A stretch of 64,000 nucleotides of DNA from Promethearchaeota archaeon (GCA_048938385.1 JBHLMG010000001.1:96001-160000); one strand, 5' to 3'; positions 1-10,056 are shown, numbered from the stretch's first letter. The notes: generated from the sequence alone by a model not told the origin. A program made the numbers and translations.

Positions 1-261
1 AAGCCACATGTACCGAACCTTGTTGATATCGCAACATTGGTAGGACAACTAGACGGGGTCGTTGGAGTCAATGTCGCCCTCGTTGAAGTCGACTCGCATA
101 CAGAGTCCATAAAAGTGACAGTTGAAGGTGAAAACCTCAACTTTGGAGAGGTAAAAGACGCCCTCGAAGCCTGTGGTGCCTCGGTTCACTCAATCGATCA
201 GGTCGTGGCTGGTCGAACAGTAGTTGAAGAGGTTAAAACACACATGGAAAACGGGGGCTAA
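1..261 (+). CDS. DUF211 family protein (5'-partial, starts before the window)
   Basis: Frame open from base 1: KPHVPNLVDIA...GVVGVNV..VEVD..TE.IKVTVEG..L....VKDALE.CGASVHSIDQVVAG, the archaeal DUF211 pattern. Confidence 0.8.
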   Translation, partial: KPHVPNLVDIATLVGQLDGVVGVNVALVEVDSHTESIKVTVEGENLNFGEVKDALEACGASVHSIDQVVAGRTVVEEVKTHMENGG

Positions 262-956
262 AGGCCCAACACCCACTTAGAATTCTCAATCAACGCTTCT
301 ACATGAGGTGCTAAATGGTCATACAACGAATTATAGAAAACCTTGGGAAGTAACCGTAGAGTATCGAAGATTCGGTTTAACAAACCACTTAGAATAGGTT
401 CAAGAAGTTCGCGACGATTAACAATGTAAGAAGTTAGTACGGCATCGACTGCTATTTCTTCTGCTAGGGCGTCAATCAATCGGTAGATTGGTCCCGTTCT
501 TTCCAAGAAATAAGGAAGTCCTCGTTCGTCGTAAAGCACGATAATCCCTAATTTCTCAACGACTCGTTTAGTGTACCAATCAATGCTGGAATCTCCAGCC
601 GCAAATCCTTTCTTAAAGAGTGTTTCGGCTGGATGTCGTTTGGTGTTTTTCGAATCCTTCTGGGAAAAGAAACTTCGGGGAACTAAATTGGGATAGGTTT
701 TCGGATGACGGAAAGCGATGTAAAGCGCGGCTGCGTAAAGAGCTTCGGGTTCACGCCCTACCTCTTGAGCTCCTAGATGGCTTGCTAGAATACGCAGTGT
801 GGGCAGGATCAAATCCTGTCGTACTTGTTTTTCCTTATAGATCTTGTACGCCTGTTTGAGATAGAAAGTCGGAGCCCTTTGATCCGACTGAACAGTTCTA
901 CTCTCTCCTGCCTTCAACGACAATGTAAGTAGCTCCTCAGGCGATAATATCTTCAA
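258..956 (-). CDS. Hypothetical protein with a TFIIB/cyclin-repeat-like motif
   Basis: 232-aa ORF; GREPEALYAAALYIAFR resembles the TFB cyclin-repeat motif (compare [17 protein letters not shown] in tfb of this window). Confidence 0.45.
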   Translation of the reverse strand: MKILSPEELLTLSLKAGESRTVQSDQRAPTFYLKQAYKIYKEKQVRQDLILPTLRILASHLGAQEVGREPEALYAAALYIAFRHPKTYPNLVPRSFFSQKDSKNTKRHPAETLFKKGFAAGDSSIDWYTKRVVEKLGIIVLYDERGLPYFLERTGPIYRLIDALAEEIAVDAVLTSYIVNRRELLEPILSGLLNRIFDTLRLLPKVFYNSLYDHLAPHVEALIENSKWVLGL

Positions 957-1147
957 ATAAGATAATTAGTCCTAAATATATGTTAGGCGTCGCTTTCTAT
1001 CTCTTTGATTGTAACCTTAACCTCTAAACCAATAGTTCTTTGATTCATTAACTCAGTTTTTTGTTTGGTTTTCCTCTATCCTTTCCAATATCTAGTTGTT
1101 TTTACTAGAAGAGAAGTCTTTGATTTTTCATTCGTCAAGCAAATGTA

Positions 1148-1525
1148 TTATGTGATGTGACCAGAATTTTCCAAAAAAAGTAAAGATTCCTCATTAAGTT
1201 CCGTTTGGATGAATTCTATCCCATTTTCAGTTAGCGCAACCTGCGCATCGTACCGATCCTGTGAATAAATGGAGACCATGCCCTGATCTTTCAAACGCTG
1301 AAGCGCCCCTACGACAATCTGGTTGAGCTCTTCTTCTGTGACATTGAGTTTTCCATCGGGTCTTTGAAACTCTGGCGTGTGCTTTAAGACATGACATAAA
1401 GAAGCCAAAGATCGACGATAGGTTTCATGTGGATTAGAATAAAGCCAAAGCAACAGAATATAATCTATGAGCTCTCCCGAAAGACGCCGGTGAAGTTGAC
1501 GCGCAAAATAATAGACTACTGGCAT
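1148..1525 (-). CDS. Hypothetical protein, probable winged-helix fold
   Basis: 125-aa ATG ORF ending in a wHTH-like segment ALQRLKDQGMV...VALTENGIEF. Confidence 0.5.
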   Translation of the reverse strand: MPVVYYFARQLHRRLSGELIDYILLLWLYSNPHETYRRSLASLCHVLKHTPEFQRPDGKLNVTEEELNQIVVGALQRLKDQGMVSIYSQDRYDAQVALTENGIEFIQTELNEESLLFLENSGHIT

Positions 1526-1581
1526 GATTTATTCCAGCTAATTCAAGAAGTTAGTATAAACATGTCAATTGGGTTTACGGT

Positions 1582-2331
1582 TTAATCAGATGTCCATCGG
1601 TACGAGCCCGTAGGAGTCTTGAGAATATATCCCTGCGCACTAAGTAAATTTAGTGCCTTTTCAACATCTATGCTTAATATCGACTCTTGGTCCAATTGTT
1701 CACGAAGCTGAACGAGATCTAATGGTATAGACGACTCGCGCAAAATCTGACCAATTCTCCGGGCTAGGGTAGAAAGATTTACGGGTTTTGATGCCTTTTC
1801 ACCGGTTTTAAAATCCTCTGCGACTAACTTAATTTGCCATGGTTTAGGCGCAATAAGGTGTCCTGATCGGATGAGCATTTGAATTTGCGTAACTGCCCAG
1901 CTCCAAGGAATACCCGCCTTTTCACAAGCTTCTTCAATTACATGCAAATCAACAGGTTTGCTTCGTGCTTGTTGAAAAAGAACCCGCTCTAATTCCCGAC
2001 GCCGGGATGATAATGTTAATCGTTCTGGCTTTGGCTCTTGGAGTCGTTCAATATCAACCACATTTTCAGGAATCATTGAGCGTATCTTCTCTCGTGATTT
2101 TTCAACTGCTGTAAAAAATTCCTTATGGTGTTTTCCCGTTTGATATAATTTCACACGGGTTCTTGCTGTCTCGGGATCCTCGACAAAAACAGCGTTTAAC
2201 GGATCTATCTTAAAGATTCGTTGGCAAAACACACATAGGCGCGTCTTCTGCGGGGTTGGTGCATATGTGTAACGACCACACTGTGGGCATCGAATAATGT
2301 AAAATCCTTCTCGAGGCATCGAATCCATCAC
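1582..2331 (-). CDS. Zinc-ribbon (DUF1922-like) protein with C-terminal winged-helix-like repeats
   Basis: IIRCPQCGRYTYA...TRLCVFCQR Zn ribbon; two later segments ending L.RSGHL / L.AQGYILKTPTGSYR. Confidence 0.55.
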   Translation of the reverse strand: MMDSMPREGFYIIRCPQCGRYTYAPTPQKTRLCVFCQRIFKIDPLNAVFVEDPETARTRVKLYQTGKHHKEFFTAVEKSREKIRSMIPENVVDIERLQEPKPERLTLSSRRRELERVLFQQARSKPVDLHVIEEACEKAGIPWSWAVTQIQMLIRSGHLIAPKPWQIKLVAEDFKTGEKASKPVNLSTLARRIGQILRESSIPLDLVQLREQLDQESILSIDVEKALNLLSAQGYILKTPTGSYRWTSD

Positions 2332-2370
2332 TGCCGCAAGCCTAATTTAGCCTTTCGTGTCAATCACCCA

Positions 2371-2697
2371 ATGGGACTGTTCATGAGTTTTGGTTTAGAT
2401 CAGTATTTCAAGAAGGAAAAAACCAAAAAAACACAAGAGGAGAAACCCAAAACTGAGAAAGTCGTTAAGATATCCGAATCTGGCGACTTGGAAGAGCGTG
2501 ATTGGCCATTGATTTTAGAAGAGACCGTTAAATCGATGATTCTTTATCCGCATCTTCTCGATTACACACGCACCAACATTCTCCCCCAAAATCCATCAAT
2601 TAATCCAGAAGAACTTGCTATTCAGCTTCATACACCATTAGGAGTTGCGATCGTTCTTCTCGAACGCCTAAAGCGTGAAGCCGAAGAAACCGAATAA
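2371..2697 (+). CDS. Hypothetical protein with C-terminal HTH-like segment
   Basis: 108-aa ORF, Lys/Glu-rich N-terminus, NPSINPEELAIQLHTPLGVAIVLL. Confidence 0.5.
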   Translation: MGLFMSFGLDQYFKKEKTKKTQEEKPKTEKVVKISESGDLEERDWPLILEETVKSMILYPHLLDYTRTNILPQNPSINPEELAIQLHTPLGVAIVLLERLKREAEETE

Positions 2698-2704
2698 ACT
2701 CTAC

Positions 2705-3484
2705 TCATGTCAATGGTTGAGCAGAATTATACAAATAGAGAAAGTAAATTTTAGCGAGTTCTGCAAGCTCTGTATGCCTAGACCAAATAGCTAAGGATTC
2801 TGCGGGTTTTGTACTAAGTACGATGATGGCTTGTTTTTCATCAATGATTGCTCCACCACCGTAGATTTCTTTCCGCTTTTTGCCTTCACCAACAGCTGTA
2901 ATCAAACGCTGCACTTTATCAGTCAACATTTGTTCCGATACTAAGATTTTAAGATTCACACCCCGATCACGAAGATGGAGCAGAGTCGGGCTAATAAACT
3001 CGATATCCTCCTCCTTTATGATTCCCCAGGAAAGTAAGACGCTGCGTTCGGCCTGACCCAAGGCGACATTAAGTTTGGCGCGAACATTATTCGATCCATG
3101 GAGAATGTGAACTTCAGGGGCAGAAATTTTAGTTTTTTCATCAAATAAGGGCTGTAATCCCTCGATAACCTGTTGCTCCCATTCTGTTAGTCGTTCTTGG
3201 GCAGTTAATACTGCTGCCTTCGAAGTCTCTCGTGGACTTTTAGGAATGTAGCGTTTAGGGCGTCCTTGTTCAACAGTAATCCATCCGCCTTGTTCTAGTG
3301 CAGCTAAGACATCATAGACCCTACTAAACGGAATTCGTGAGTGAGAACTCACTTCGCTAGCTGTTAACGCACCGTTACGAACTAAAGAGATATAGACTCG
3401 AGCCTCATAGCTACTTAACCCAAGGTTCCTTAAGGCACGCATTATACCTTCATTCAAACGCTCACTCATACCAATCACACTCAC
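2705..3484 (-). CDS. TrmB family transcriptional regulator
   Basis: LRNLGLSSYEARVYISL..GALTASEVS..SRIPFSRVYDVL..LE..GWI...QGRPKRY; PLD-like C-terminal domain. Confidence 0.9.
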   Translation of the reverse strand: MSVIGMSERLNEGIMRALRNLGLSSYEARVYISLVRNGALTASEVSSHSRIPFSRVYDVLAALEQGGWITVEQGRPKRYIPKSPRETSKAAVLTAQERLTEWEQQVIEGLQPLFDEKTKISAPEVHILHGSNNVRAKLNVALGQAERSVLLSWGIIKEEDIEFISPTLLHLRDRGVNLKILVSEQMLTDKVQRLITAVGEGKKRKEIYGGGAIIDEKQAIIVLSTKPAESLAIWSRHTELAELAKIYFLYLYNSAQPLT

Positions 3485-3524
3485 GACCCTCCAATGAGCG
3501 ACAAAACCTTTTTGGTCCCATGAA

Positions 3525-4469
3525 ATGTATGATACAAGTGAGAAAATGGATTATATCAGACAACCTGTTGCAATCGGCTTTTACCCGCCTGAAAAAACCG
3601 CGCTTGAGAAAGCACTCCAAGCTGCCTTTGCAGATGCTCATGGTGCCGGGGATATTCCTGAAGTAAGTTCTGACAGAAAAGGACAATTAGTTGCTGGCAT
3701 AGCACCGCATGCTGGTTTCATTTACTCTGGACCTATTGCCTCACATCTCTACAAAACTATTGCACAAGACGGCTTTCCTGATACCTTTATTCTCATTGGT
3801 CCTAAACACGGTGCAATGCGGTTTCAAGGTGCAGTTGTGATGACGAAGGGTGTATGGGAGACGCCACTTGGCAAATGTCCTATCGATACAATGTTAGCTC
3901 AACTTTTGCTTGAACGCGGTCAAAAAACAGGAGTTGAATGCATCTCGGAAAATACCCACGCTCATGATAATGAACACTCACTCGAAGTGCAGTTACCCTT
4001 CCTTCAATTTTTAGGCGGAGAAGATATATTCAAAATTGTACCCCTGGTAATCTCTTCACCAAAATATTCCATGTGTGAAAAAGTAGGGACAATCATCGCC
4101 GAAGCAATTCAACAAAGTAAACGCGATGTTATCCTCATTGCAAGTACAGACTTCACTCATTATGGTCAATATTTCTATGGCTATGCCCCTGTCGGAAACG
4201 GCCCAGTCGAAAAAGTCGTTCAATGGGTATATGCAACTGATGCTGATTTGATTCAAAAAATTGAGCAACTTGATGGTAAGACCCTGTTGGATACGGTTGT
4301 CAATGAACATCGGACAATGTGTGGGGCAAGTGCTGTAGCAACGACTATCGTAGCGGCTCAGAAACTTGGTGCAGTAAAGGGAAACCTCCTCAAATATGCT
4401 ACAAGCTATGATGTTCGAGGAAGCTCTGATGCCATTGTAGGCTACGCGGCTGTTGCTATCCAGCGTTAG
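3525..4469 (+). CDS. MEMO1 family protein (AmmeMemoRadiSam protein B); start may be ATG 3546
   Basis: IRQPVAIGFYP, IAPHAGFIYSG, IGPKH, EHSLEVQLPFLQ, ASTDFTHYG, TMCG, VGYAA. Confidence 0.93.
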   Translation: MYDTSEKMDYIRQPVAIGFYPPEKTALEKALQAAFADAHGAGDIPEVSSDRKGQLVAGIAPHAGFIYSGPIASHLYKTIAQDGFPDTFILIGPKHGAMRFQGAVVMTKGVWETPLGKCPIDTMLAQLLLERGQKTGVECISENTHAHDNEHSLEVQLPFLQFLGGEDIFKIVPLVISSPKYSMCEKVGTIIAEAIQQSKRDVILIASTDFTHYGQYFYGYAPVGNGPVEKVVQWVYATDADLIQKIEQLDGKTLLDTVVNEHRTMCGASAVATTIVAAQKLGAVKGNLLKYATSYDVRGSSDAIVGYAAVAIQR

Positions 4470-5064
4470 TAACGGTTCTTTTTGGTGCCTTGATCCCTTT
4501 TTCCAGAGCTTTAATGTTCATGGCGCGATATCTTGAGGGTAAAATCTCTTTGATCGCTGAAATCACCGATTTTTTTTCGATAGGTAAAACATGGAGTCCA
4601 ATAGCCGCCCCAATCAAAACCGTGTTCAGGGTCATAATACTCCCTGCTTCTTGAGCAGATTGCACTGCATTAATAGTGACAACCTTCGCAAACTTACTCA
4701 AATCTTCTAGAATGACCTCATCCCTCGGATATTCAGCGCGTCCAAGTAATACGGCTGTGGGGATGATTCGATTCTCTCCAACAATGATAGTACCTAAGGG
4801 GTTTACTCGGTCTACTTGGCGTAGAGCCTCAACCGGTTCACCGCTTAGAAGTACATCAGCTTGTCCGGTTGGGATAATAGGTCCATATACCTTTTCTCCA
4901 ATTCGAACCGTACAATTCACCGCCCCTCCTCGCTGGGCCATTCCATGGATTTCACCCATTCGAACCTTGTTTCCCTCAACTAGCGCGGCTGTTGCTAAAA
5001 TCCTGGCAGCTGTTAAAACGCCCGTTCCTCCAACCCCCGTAAACATAATATTGAATGCCTTCAT
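4456..5064 (-). CDS. iorB: Indolepyruvate:ferredoxin oxidoreductase beta subunit
   Basis: GVGGTGVLTAARIL, EIHGMAQRGGAV; directly follows iorA. Confidence 0.93.
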   Translation of the reverse strand: MKAFNIMFTGVGGTGVLTAARILATAALVEGNKVRMGEIHGMAQRGGAVNCTVRIGEKVYGPIIPTGQADVLLSGEPVEALRQVDRVNPLGTIIVGENRIIPTAVLLGRAEYPRDEVILEDLSKFAKVVTINAVQSAQEAGSIMTLNTVLIGAAIGLHVLPIEKKSVISAIKEILPSRYRAMNIKALEKGIKAPKRTVTNAG

Positions 5065-5085
5065 CGTAATCGTCCTATCATGGGT

Positions 5086-6963
5086 TCATGAAATTTGCTT
5101 TATTGCTTTATACGGGCAGATTTGGGCACAGACACCACATCCTGAACAGAGGGCCTGATCGATGGCTGCGTGGTCTTCCTCCCATATGGCTGCAGCACAT
5201 CCTAACTTATCAGTGCATACCCTACAACCTTGGCAAACTTCGGGGTCTACTTCGTAAGGAATTATCTCCTCATTTTCTTGCCGTTTCCGTGCAAGCTCAA
5301 TAAGAGCACAGGGGCTTCTTGAAATGACCACTGCAGGTCCCTCAAAAGCGACTGCTTCACGAATAGTGCGTATTGATTCTTTGACTTTAAGGGGGTCTAT
5401 AATTTTTACAAAAGGTATACCGATTCCACGAACAATATTTTCTATGCTGACTTGTGTGCCCTTGGTGCCCATGCCTGTGATCCCAGTACCTGGGTGTGGT
5501 TGATGGCCAGTCATGGCAGTTGTTTGGTTATCAACAACGATAATTTTTACTGGATGGTTATTGTAAACGGCATTAACTAAGCCAGGGATCCCTGAGTGAA
5601 AGAAGGTAGAATCTCCAATAGCTCCTACAATGGGTTTATCCAAGACAGCTGTTAAACCACAGGCAGTACCGATACTCGAACCCATACATAACAACAAATC
5701 AGCCATTTCCAGTGGCGGTTGGATTGCTAATGTATAACAACCGATGTCTGTCGGGTAAACACCCTTTCTCGCAGTTGCGGTGGCTACCTCATAGAAGGTA
5801 GCGCGATGAGGACAACCCGCACAGAGAATTGGTGGTCGAGGGGGTGGTTCAGCAAGTTTGGTAGAGAGCTTCTTATCCACCTTTCCGAAATATTCTGGAA
5901 CCTTAAGATCCAAAGCTTTCGCTATGCCCTCAATAACAGCTCTTGGGTTCAATTCCCCAATCTCTGAGAAGCACTCTTGACTCTTACCTAGAATTGGCGT
6001 TACAATGCCTTGTTCTTGGGCAAAGGCGCGGGCATGATTTTCCAAATATGGCTTGAGCTCCTCAACGATGATGATTTTTTCTTTGGATGTAATAAATTCT
6101 TGAATGCGTTTCTTTGGAAGCGGGTAACTCATTCCGATCTTAAATACAGCTGCATTGATTTGCAATGCATCCAAGGCTTCTAGAACATAATTATAACTAA
6201 CTCCTGAAGTGATAATTCCAAGGGGCCCTTCTCCTTGAATCTTGTTCCATTTGCTTTTTTCTGAAATTGTAGTTGCTTGTTTTACTTTCTCCACTAGAAT
6301 AGGATGGCGCATGCGCGCAACAGTGGGGACGGTGACGAATCGAAATGGGTCTCGTTCAAAACGCGCCTTTTTACGGGGAGGTTTTATGGGTCCAAGTTTC
6401 ACACCTGCTCTGGTATGACTGACCCGTGTTGTAACCCGGAGGAGTACGGGCTGTTCTAGCTTTTCTGACAACTCGAAGGCTGCAATAGTCATGTCTTTAG
6501 ATTCTTGGGGGTCTGCTGGTTCTAGCATTGGTGTATCGCCGAGCATTGCATACAAACGGTTATCTTGTTCATTCTGAGAACTCCAACACCCTGGATCATC
6601 AGCAGTGACGATGACTAAACCTGCACGAACACCAATATAATTCAATGTCATGAACGCGTCGGAAGCTACATTCAATCCCACATGTTTCATTACCGCTAAC
6701 GCACGCGCATTGGCTATTGCTGCGGCACCGGCAACCTCCATTGCTACTTTCTCGTTTGTGCAGTATTCAAAATAGTATTTCCCATGCTTAACCGCCTGAA
6801 ACAAGCTATCGCCAATTTCCGATGCTGGAGTCCCTGGATATGTTGAGGCAAGTTCGAGTCCTGCTTCAATGGCTCCGCGTGCAATGGCTTCATTCCCTAG
6901 AAGCAGGTAGTGCTTCCCAGGTTCATCTCTTGTAAGAATTTTAGCAATATTCATTGGTTTCAC
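5086..6963 (-). CDS. iorA: Indolepyruvate:ferredoxin oxidoreductase alpha subunit
   Basis: LLGNEAIARGA, YPGTPASEI, MKHVGLNVA, SSQNEQDNR, LCAGCPHR, DIGCY, IGDSTFFHSG, C-terminal ferredoxin CxxCxxCxxxCP. Confidence 0.96.
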   Translation of the reverse strand: MKPMNIAKILTRDEPGKHYLLLGNEAIARGAIEAGLELASTYPGTPASEIGDSLFQAVKHGKYYFEYCTNEKVAMEVAGAAAIANARALAVMKHVGLNVASDAFMTLNYIGVRAGLVIVTADDPGCWSSQNEQDNRLYAMLGDTPMLEPADPQESKDMTIAAFELSEKLEQPVLLRVTTRVSHTRAGVKLGPIKPPRKKARFERDPFRFVTVPTVARMRHPILVEKVKQATTISEKSKWNKIQGEGPLGIITSGVSYNYVLEALDALQINAAVFKIGMSYPLPKKRIQEFITSKEKIIIVEELKPYLENHARAFAQEQGIVTPILGKSQECFSEIGELNPRAVIEGIAKALDLKVPEYFGKVDKKLSTKLAEPPPRPPILCAGCPHRATFYEVATATARKGVYPTDIGCYTLAIQPPLEMADLLLCMGSSIGTACGLTAVLDKPIVGAIGDSTFFHSGIPGLVNAVYNNHPVKIIVVDNQTTAMTGHQPHPGTGITGMGTKGTQVSIENIVRGIGIPFVKIIDPLKVKESIRTIREAVAFEGPAVVISRSPCALIELARKRQENEEIIPYEVDPEVCQGCRVCTDKLGCAAAIWEEDHAAIDQALCSGCGVCAQICPYKAIKQIS

Positions 6964-7013
6964 CGTTGTGCCAAACCGTTTAAACGGAGTTACTCTACAC
7001 TATTTTACAGTTT

Positions 7014-7439
7014 GTGATTTGTACAAATTTGGTGAAGCTAGTGGACGAATGGCAAATCACCATTAAAACATCTAAGCGTGTACTTCGGGATATACTTAAC
7101 AAAACTGGATCGAAGCTAATTCGACCAAGGTTTATTAACGAACTGAAGGGAATTTCGAGGACGCATCGCGTTAATTTTCAAGTGCGTTCTCCTCAAGGTA
7201 TCAATAAGCTTTCTTCGAGCTTTTTTGTAGTCAAGCTCTTTCTTCCAGAAAACAATACAAGAACTGTAACGGGGTTATTTGAATACGCATACGGTGCGAT
7301 TCGACTCGTTGCCATTGATGATGAAGAGCTGGCTAATAGAGATGGAGATACTATTATTGCGTTCTTCGAAGAGCCCTTGCAAAAAAACACAAGCACCATC
7401 ATTCATGTCTACGAACCTTCTTCTCTTCTTCGCCCCTGA
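7014..7439 (+). CDS. Hypothetical protein
   Basis: 141-aa ORF filling the gap between iorA and cca; no recognised motif; start uncertain. Confidence 0.45.
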   Translation: MICTNLVKLVDEWQITIKTSKRVLRDILNKTGSKLIRPRFINELKGISRTHRVNFQVRSPQGINKLSSSFFVVKLFLPENNTRTVTGLFEYAYGAIRLVAIDDEELANRDGDTIIAFFEEPLQKNTSTIIHVYEPSSLLRP

Positions 7440-7447
7440 TTGTTCCC

Positions 7448-8872
7448 TTAGGTAGGAAGTGGGGATTCAAAGGGTTGCACCGCACGAGTTAGAATCCAAA
7501 GGGCTTGCTGTCCCACCTTTGTGCTTCCACGGTGCGTGATTTCTATTAGGGATAATTTGTCGGATAATGGGTTTTCTGTTAGAAAGTATCGCAGGGCATG
7601 TTCAGCGTTCGTGAAATTTCGATGGAGGCTAACCTGGTACCGTCCATCTTTTTGGAAAGCGTCAGGGTGTTTTTTCCTGAATTCTTCAACGCCTTTTGCA
7701 AACTTGGCTCGCGGTCCTTCTCTTACAAAAATCGGGCTGATATCGGTTTTTTCTATATAAAGTGCAATTGCGAAAATTTGTTGGTCAAAAACCTCTTCGA
7801 AAATAACAGTACCAAACCGGAGTTCGCCTGTTGGCTCATGGCTAAGGAACTTTCCTAATTTCGTGGAATACCGATATAACTTATCTCGCGTTTTAGTGTA
7901 ATGCCATCCGGTTTCATCTTGGAACTCGATGATAAAATAGTTTGGACCTAATGATTTCAAATCCACTGGTTTTATGACAGGAATTGGTTGCATCGAGAAA
8001 AAGGATGCATGTGGTCTCTGTAGGAGGGTCTGTGCGTTATCAGTGGTGTACCGGTGTGCGCGAATTGATATGCTGGAAGCGATGTTTCGGTTTGGGTCCG
8101 TTGGGTCCACGATGATGAGTGGCTCATTGAATAATTGTTTTAACTCTTGGGCGGGTCGAGTGAAATAATCAAGCGGAGTAGGTGCTGGGTGGGTGAGAAA
8201 TTTTAGAGCGGATTTAAAGCTCTGTTTGTGGTAAATCAGCATTTCCGTGCTGAAACCAGTAAAGCCGCTTCGTCCAACGGGACTGGCATCTCCATATACG
8301 AACGTGGATGTTAGGAATGCTTTCAGCAATCGGACATGATCTCGTTGGTTAGGAGATAGATGGGAATCGACAAAACGCGAATGGTGGGGAGTTCGATCCA
8401 CAGCCGTGATTGGTCCCTTTTCTAATAGGTATTCAGGTGTTAAATCAAAGCAAAAAACGATGTCCAAATTATAATTATCCAGGCTAGCTGAAACATAGGG
8501 ATGTTCTGCATACGCAATACTCGGGAACTGACTTCCTGCCTCTGTGACAGCTTCAAGGGCGATCTCTTTTACGAGTTTACGGAAAAACTTCCTTAAAGCC
8601 GACTTCGATAGGCTTTCAGGTCTACTTAGGGCTAAAACGGATAGTGGTAAACCAATGAAAACATCTAGTTCTTTCTTATTACGAAGTTGTGTCTGTTTAG
8701 GTCCAGATGATCCTTCTAATTCAATGAAAGCAATTTCCAGTCTCTTTTCGTCAGCTTTTTGTTGAAGCCGCTCTTTGACTTTTAGAAACACTCGGTAGCT
8801 TTCTTCGATTTCAGATCGAGTTGGTCTAATCTCGTCCAATACATTTTCGCAAATTTGTTGGAGGCTAAGCAT
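7448..8872 (-). CDS. cca: Archaeal class I CCA-adding enzyme
   Basis: EGSSG..T.L....ELDVF, YAEHPYV, AVDRTPHH, VRLLKAFL...VYG, GFTGFSTEMLI, IIVDPTDPNRNIASS. Confidence 0.88.
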   Translation of the reverse strand: MLSLQQICENVLDEIRPTRSEIEESYRVFLKVKERLQQKADEKRLEIAFIELEGSSGPKQTQLRNKKELDVFIGLPLSVLALSRPESLSKSALRKFFRKLVKEIALEAVTEAGSQFPSIAYAEHPYVSASLDNYNLDIVFCFDLTPEYLLEKGPITAVDRTPHHSRFVDSHLSPNQRDHVRLLKAFLTSTFVYGDASPVGRSGFTGFSTEMLIYHKQSFKSALKFLTHPAPTPLDYFTRPAQELKQLFNEPLIIVDPTDPNRNIASSISIRAHRYTTDNAQTLLQRPHASFFSMQPIPVIKPVDLKSLGPNYFIIEFQDETGWHYTKTRDKLYRYSTKLGKFLSHEPTGELRFGTVIFEEVFDQQIFAIALYIEKTDISPIFVREGPRAKFAKGVEEFRKKHPDAFQKDGRYQVSLHRNFTNAEHALRYFLTENPLSDKLSLIEITHRGSTKVGQQALWILTRAVQPFESPLPT

Positions 8873-8944
8873 TGATTGATTTGTAAGCGAACAGGCTTTT
8901 AAGTCATGAAGACTTAGCCCTAGTTCGAGGGAGCCTGAAGCAGA

Positions 8945-9400
8945 ATGCTAGATAAAGTAGATCTCCAAATACTCGAAGTGTTACAAAGGAATTCTCGAAT
9001 ATCCTTTTCAGAACTAGGTCGAAGTGTAGGGCTTAGTGCAACCGCGGCCAGAAATAGAATCAATAGTTTACTCACGCGTGGAATAATTACTAGACTAGGT
9101 GTGGAGCTTGATTGGTCTAAAATTGGTTGGCAACTTCAATCACTTCTACTTGTAAGGACCGAACATGGTAAGACAGAGACGGTAACCAAACAGCTTCACA
9201 AAATCCCTCAAATTCTATCGGTTACGAAAACTGCTGGTACTGTTGACTTGGTAGTTCGCCTTTTAGCGAGTGATGTGTCTGATTTTAATAATCTAATCCA
9301 CCGGGCGTTTTCAAAAATTCCTGGGATTGTAAGTATCAATACCCTGATGGTTTTAGATGAAGTGAGTAACACTCCACCTTTGCCTATCCAAAAAGAATAA
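8945..9400 (+). CDS. Lrp/AsnC family transcriptional regulator
   Basis: LDKVDLQILEVLQRNSRISFSELGRSVGLS...RNRI..L...GII; RAM domain with TAGTVDL. Confidence 0.92.
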   Translation: MLDKVDLQILEVLQRNSRISFSELGRSVGLSATAARNRINSLLTRGIITRLGVELDWSKIGWQLQSLLLVRTEHGKTETVTKQLHKIPQILSVTKTAGTVDLVVRLLASDVSDFNNLIHRAFSKIPGIVSINTLMVLDEVSNTPPLPIQKE

Positions 9401-9402
9401 GC

Positions 9403-10038
9403 TCAAAATGTCCGTTCAACGATCTTTCCTCTCACATGCTCTTCAGCAAAAATTTGAGCCTGGAAAGTAAAGACTCTGACATCAGGGTCCATATAACAAC
9501 TAACACCTAAACCAGCCTTCTGGCAACAGCCCTTTAAGAACTCCTCGGCATTCCATCCTTGTTCAGGAGCCACTTGGGGTAGCAAGAGACCACGATGCCA
9601 TCCTTTTCCTTCGATGATGAGTCCATGTTTTCCCACAACAATGTGGTTTGGTAATTCCAAGCGATTTTCTACATCAAGTTCTTCGGGAATTGTGAGAACG
9701 CTAACTTCAACCAAAATCGTATCTAGTTCAGTCTCTTGAACAGGTGGAAATCGAGGATCCTTAAACGCTGAGCTTAGTGCAGCTTGCTGAGTAGCTTGGA
9801 GAAGGGGGAGAGGGCTCTGTTTACTATTCGGGCTCGGTTGTAAAAAGCCAATGCAACCCCGTAAATCTCTTGGGTGTTGGGTTTTCAGCGTCACAAAAAC
9901 CCCTCGATTTTCGGATAAAACTTTCGAATCAGAAGCAGGGATTTTCGGTACTTTGTGTTTCCGAATAGAGTCCTCAATGGACTTTCGGGCAAATTTAGTA
10001 AGAATTGTGCCCTCTTGGAGGGTGAGTAATGTGGTCAT
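9403..10038 (-). CDS. AMMECR1 family protein (AmmeMemoRadiSam protein A)
   Basis: RGVFVTL, LRGCIG, SAFKDPRFPPV, VEVSVLT, GKHGLII, GLLLPQVAPE, CQKAGL. Confidence 0.93.
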   Translation of the reverse strand: MTTLLTLQEGTILTKFARKSIEDSIRKHKVPKIPASDSKVLSENRGVFVTLKTQHPRDLRGCIGFLQPSPNSKQSPLPLLQATQQAALSSAFKDPRFPPVQETELDTILVEVSVLTIPEELDVENRLELPNHIVVGKHGLIIEGKGWHRGLLLPQVAPEQGWNAEEFLKGCCQKAGLGVSCYMDPDVRVFTFQAQIFAEEHVRGKIVERTF

Positions 10039-10056
10039 CAGCTGAGCTCCCGTTTC

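Noticed and set aside
960-1147. Small ORFs in the T-rich spacer
   Set aside because: All about 20 codons or fewer, with no recognisable motif
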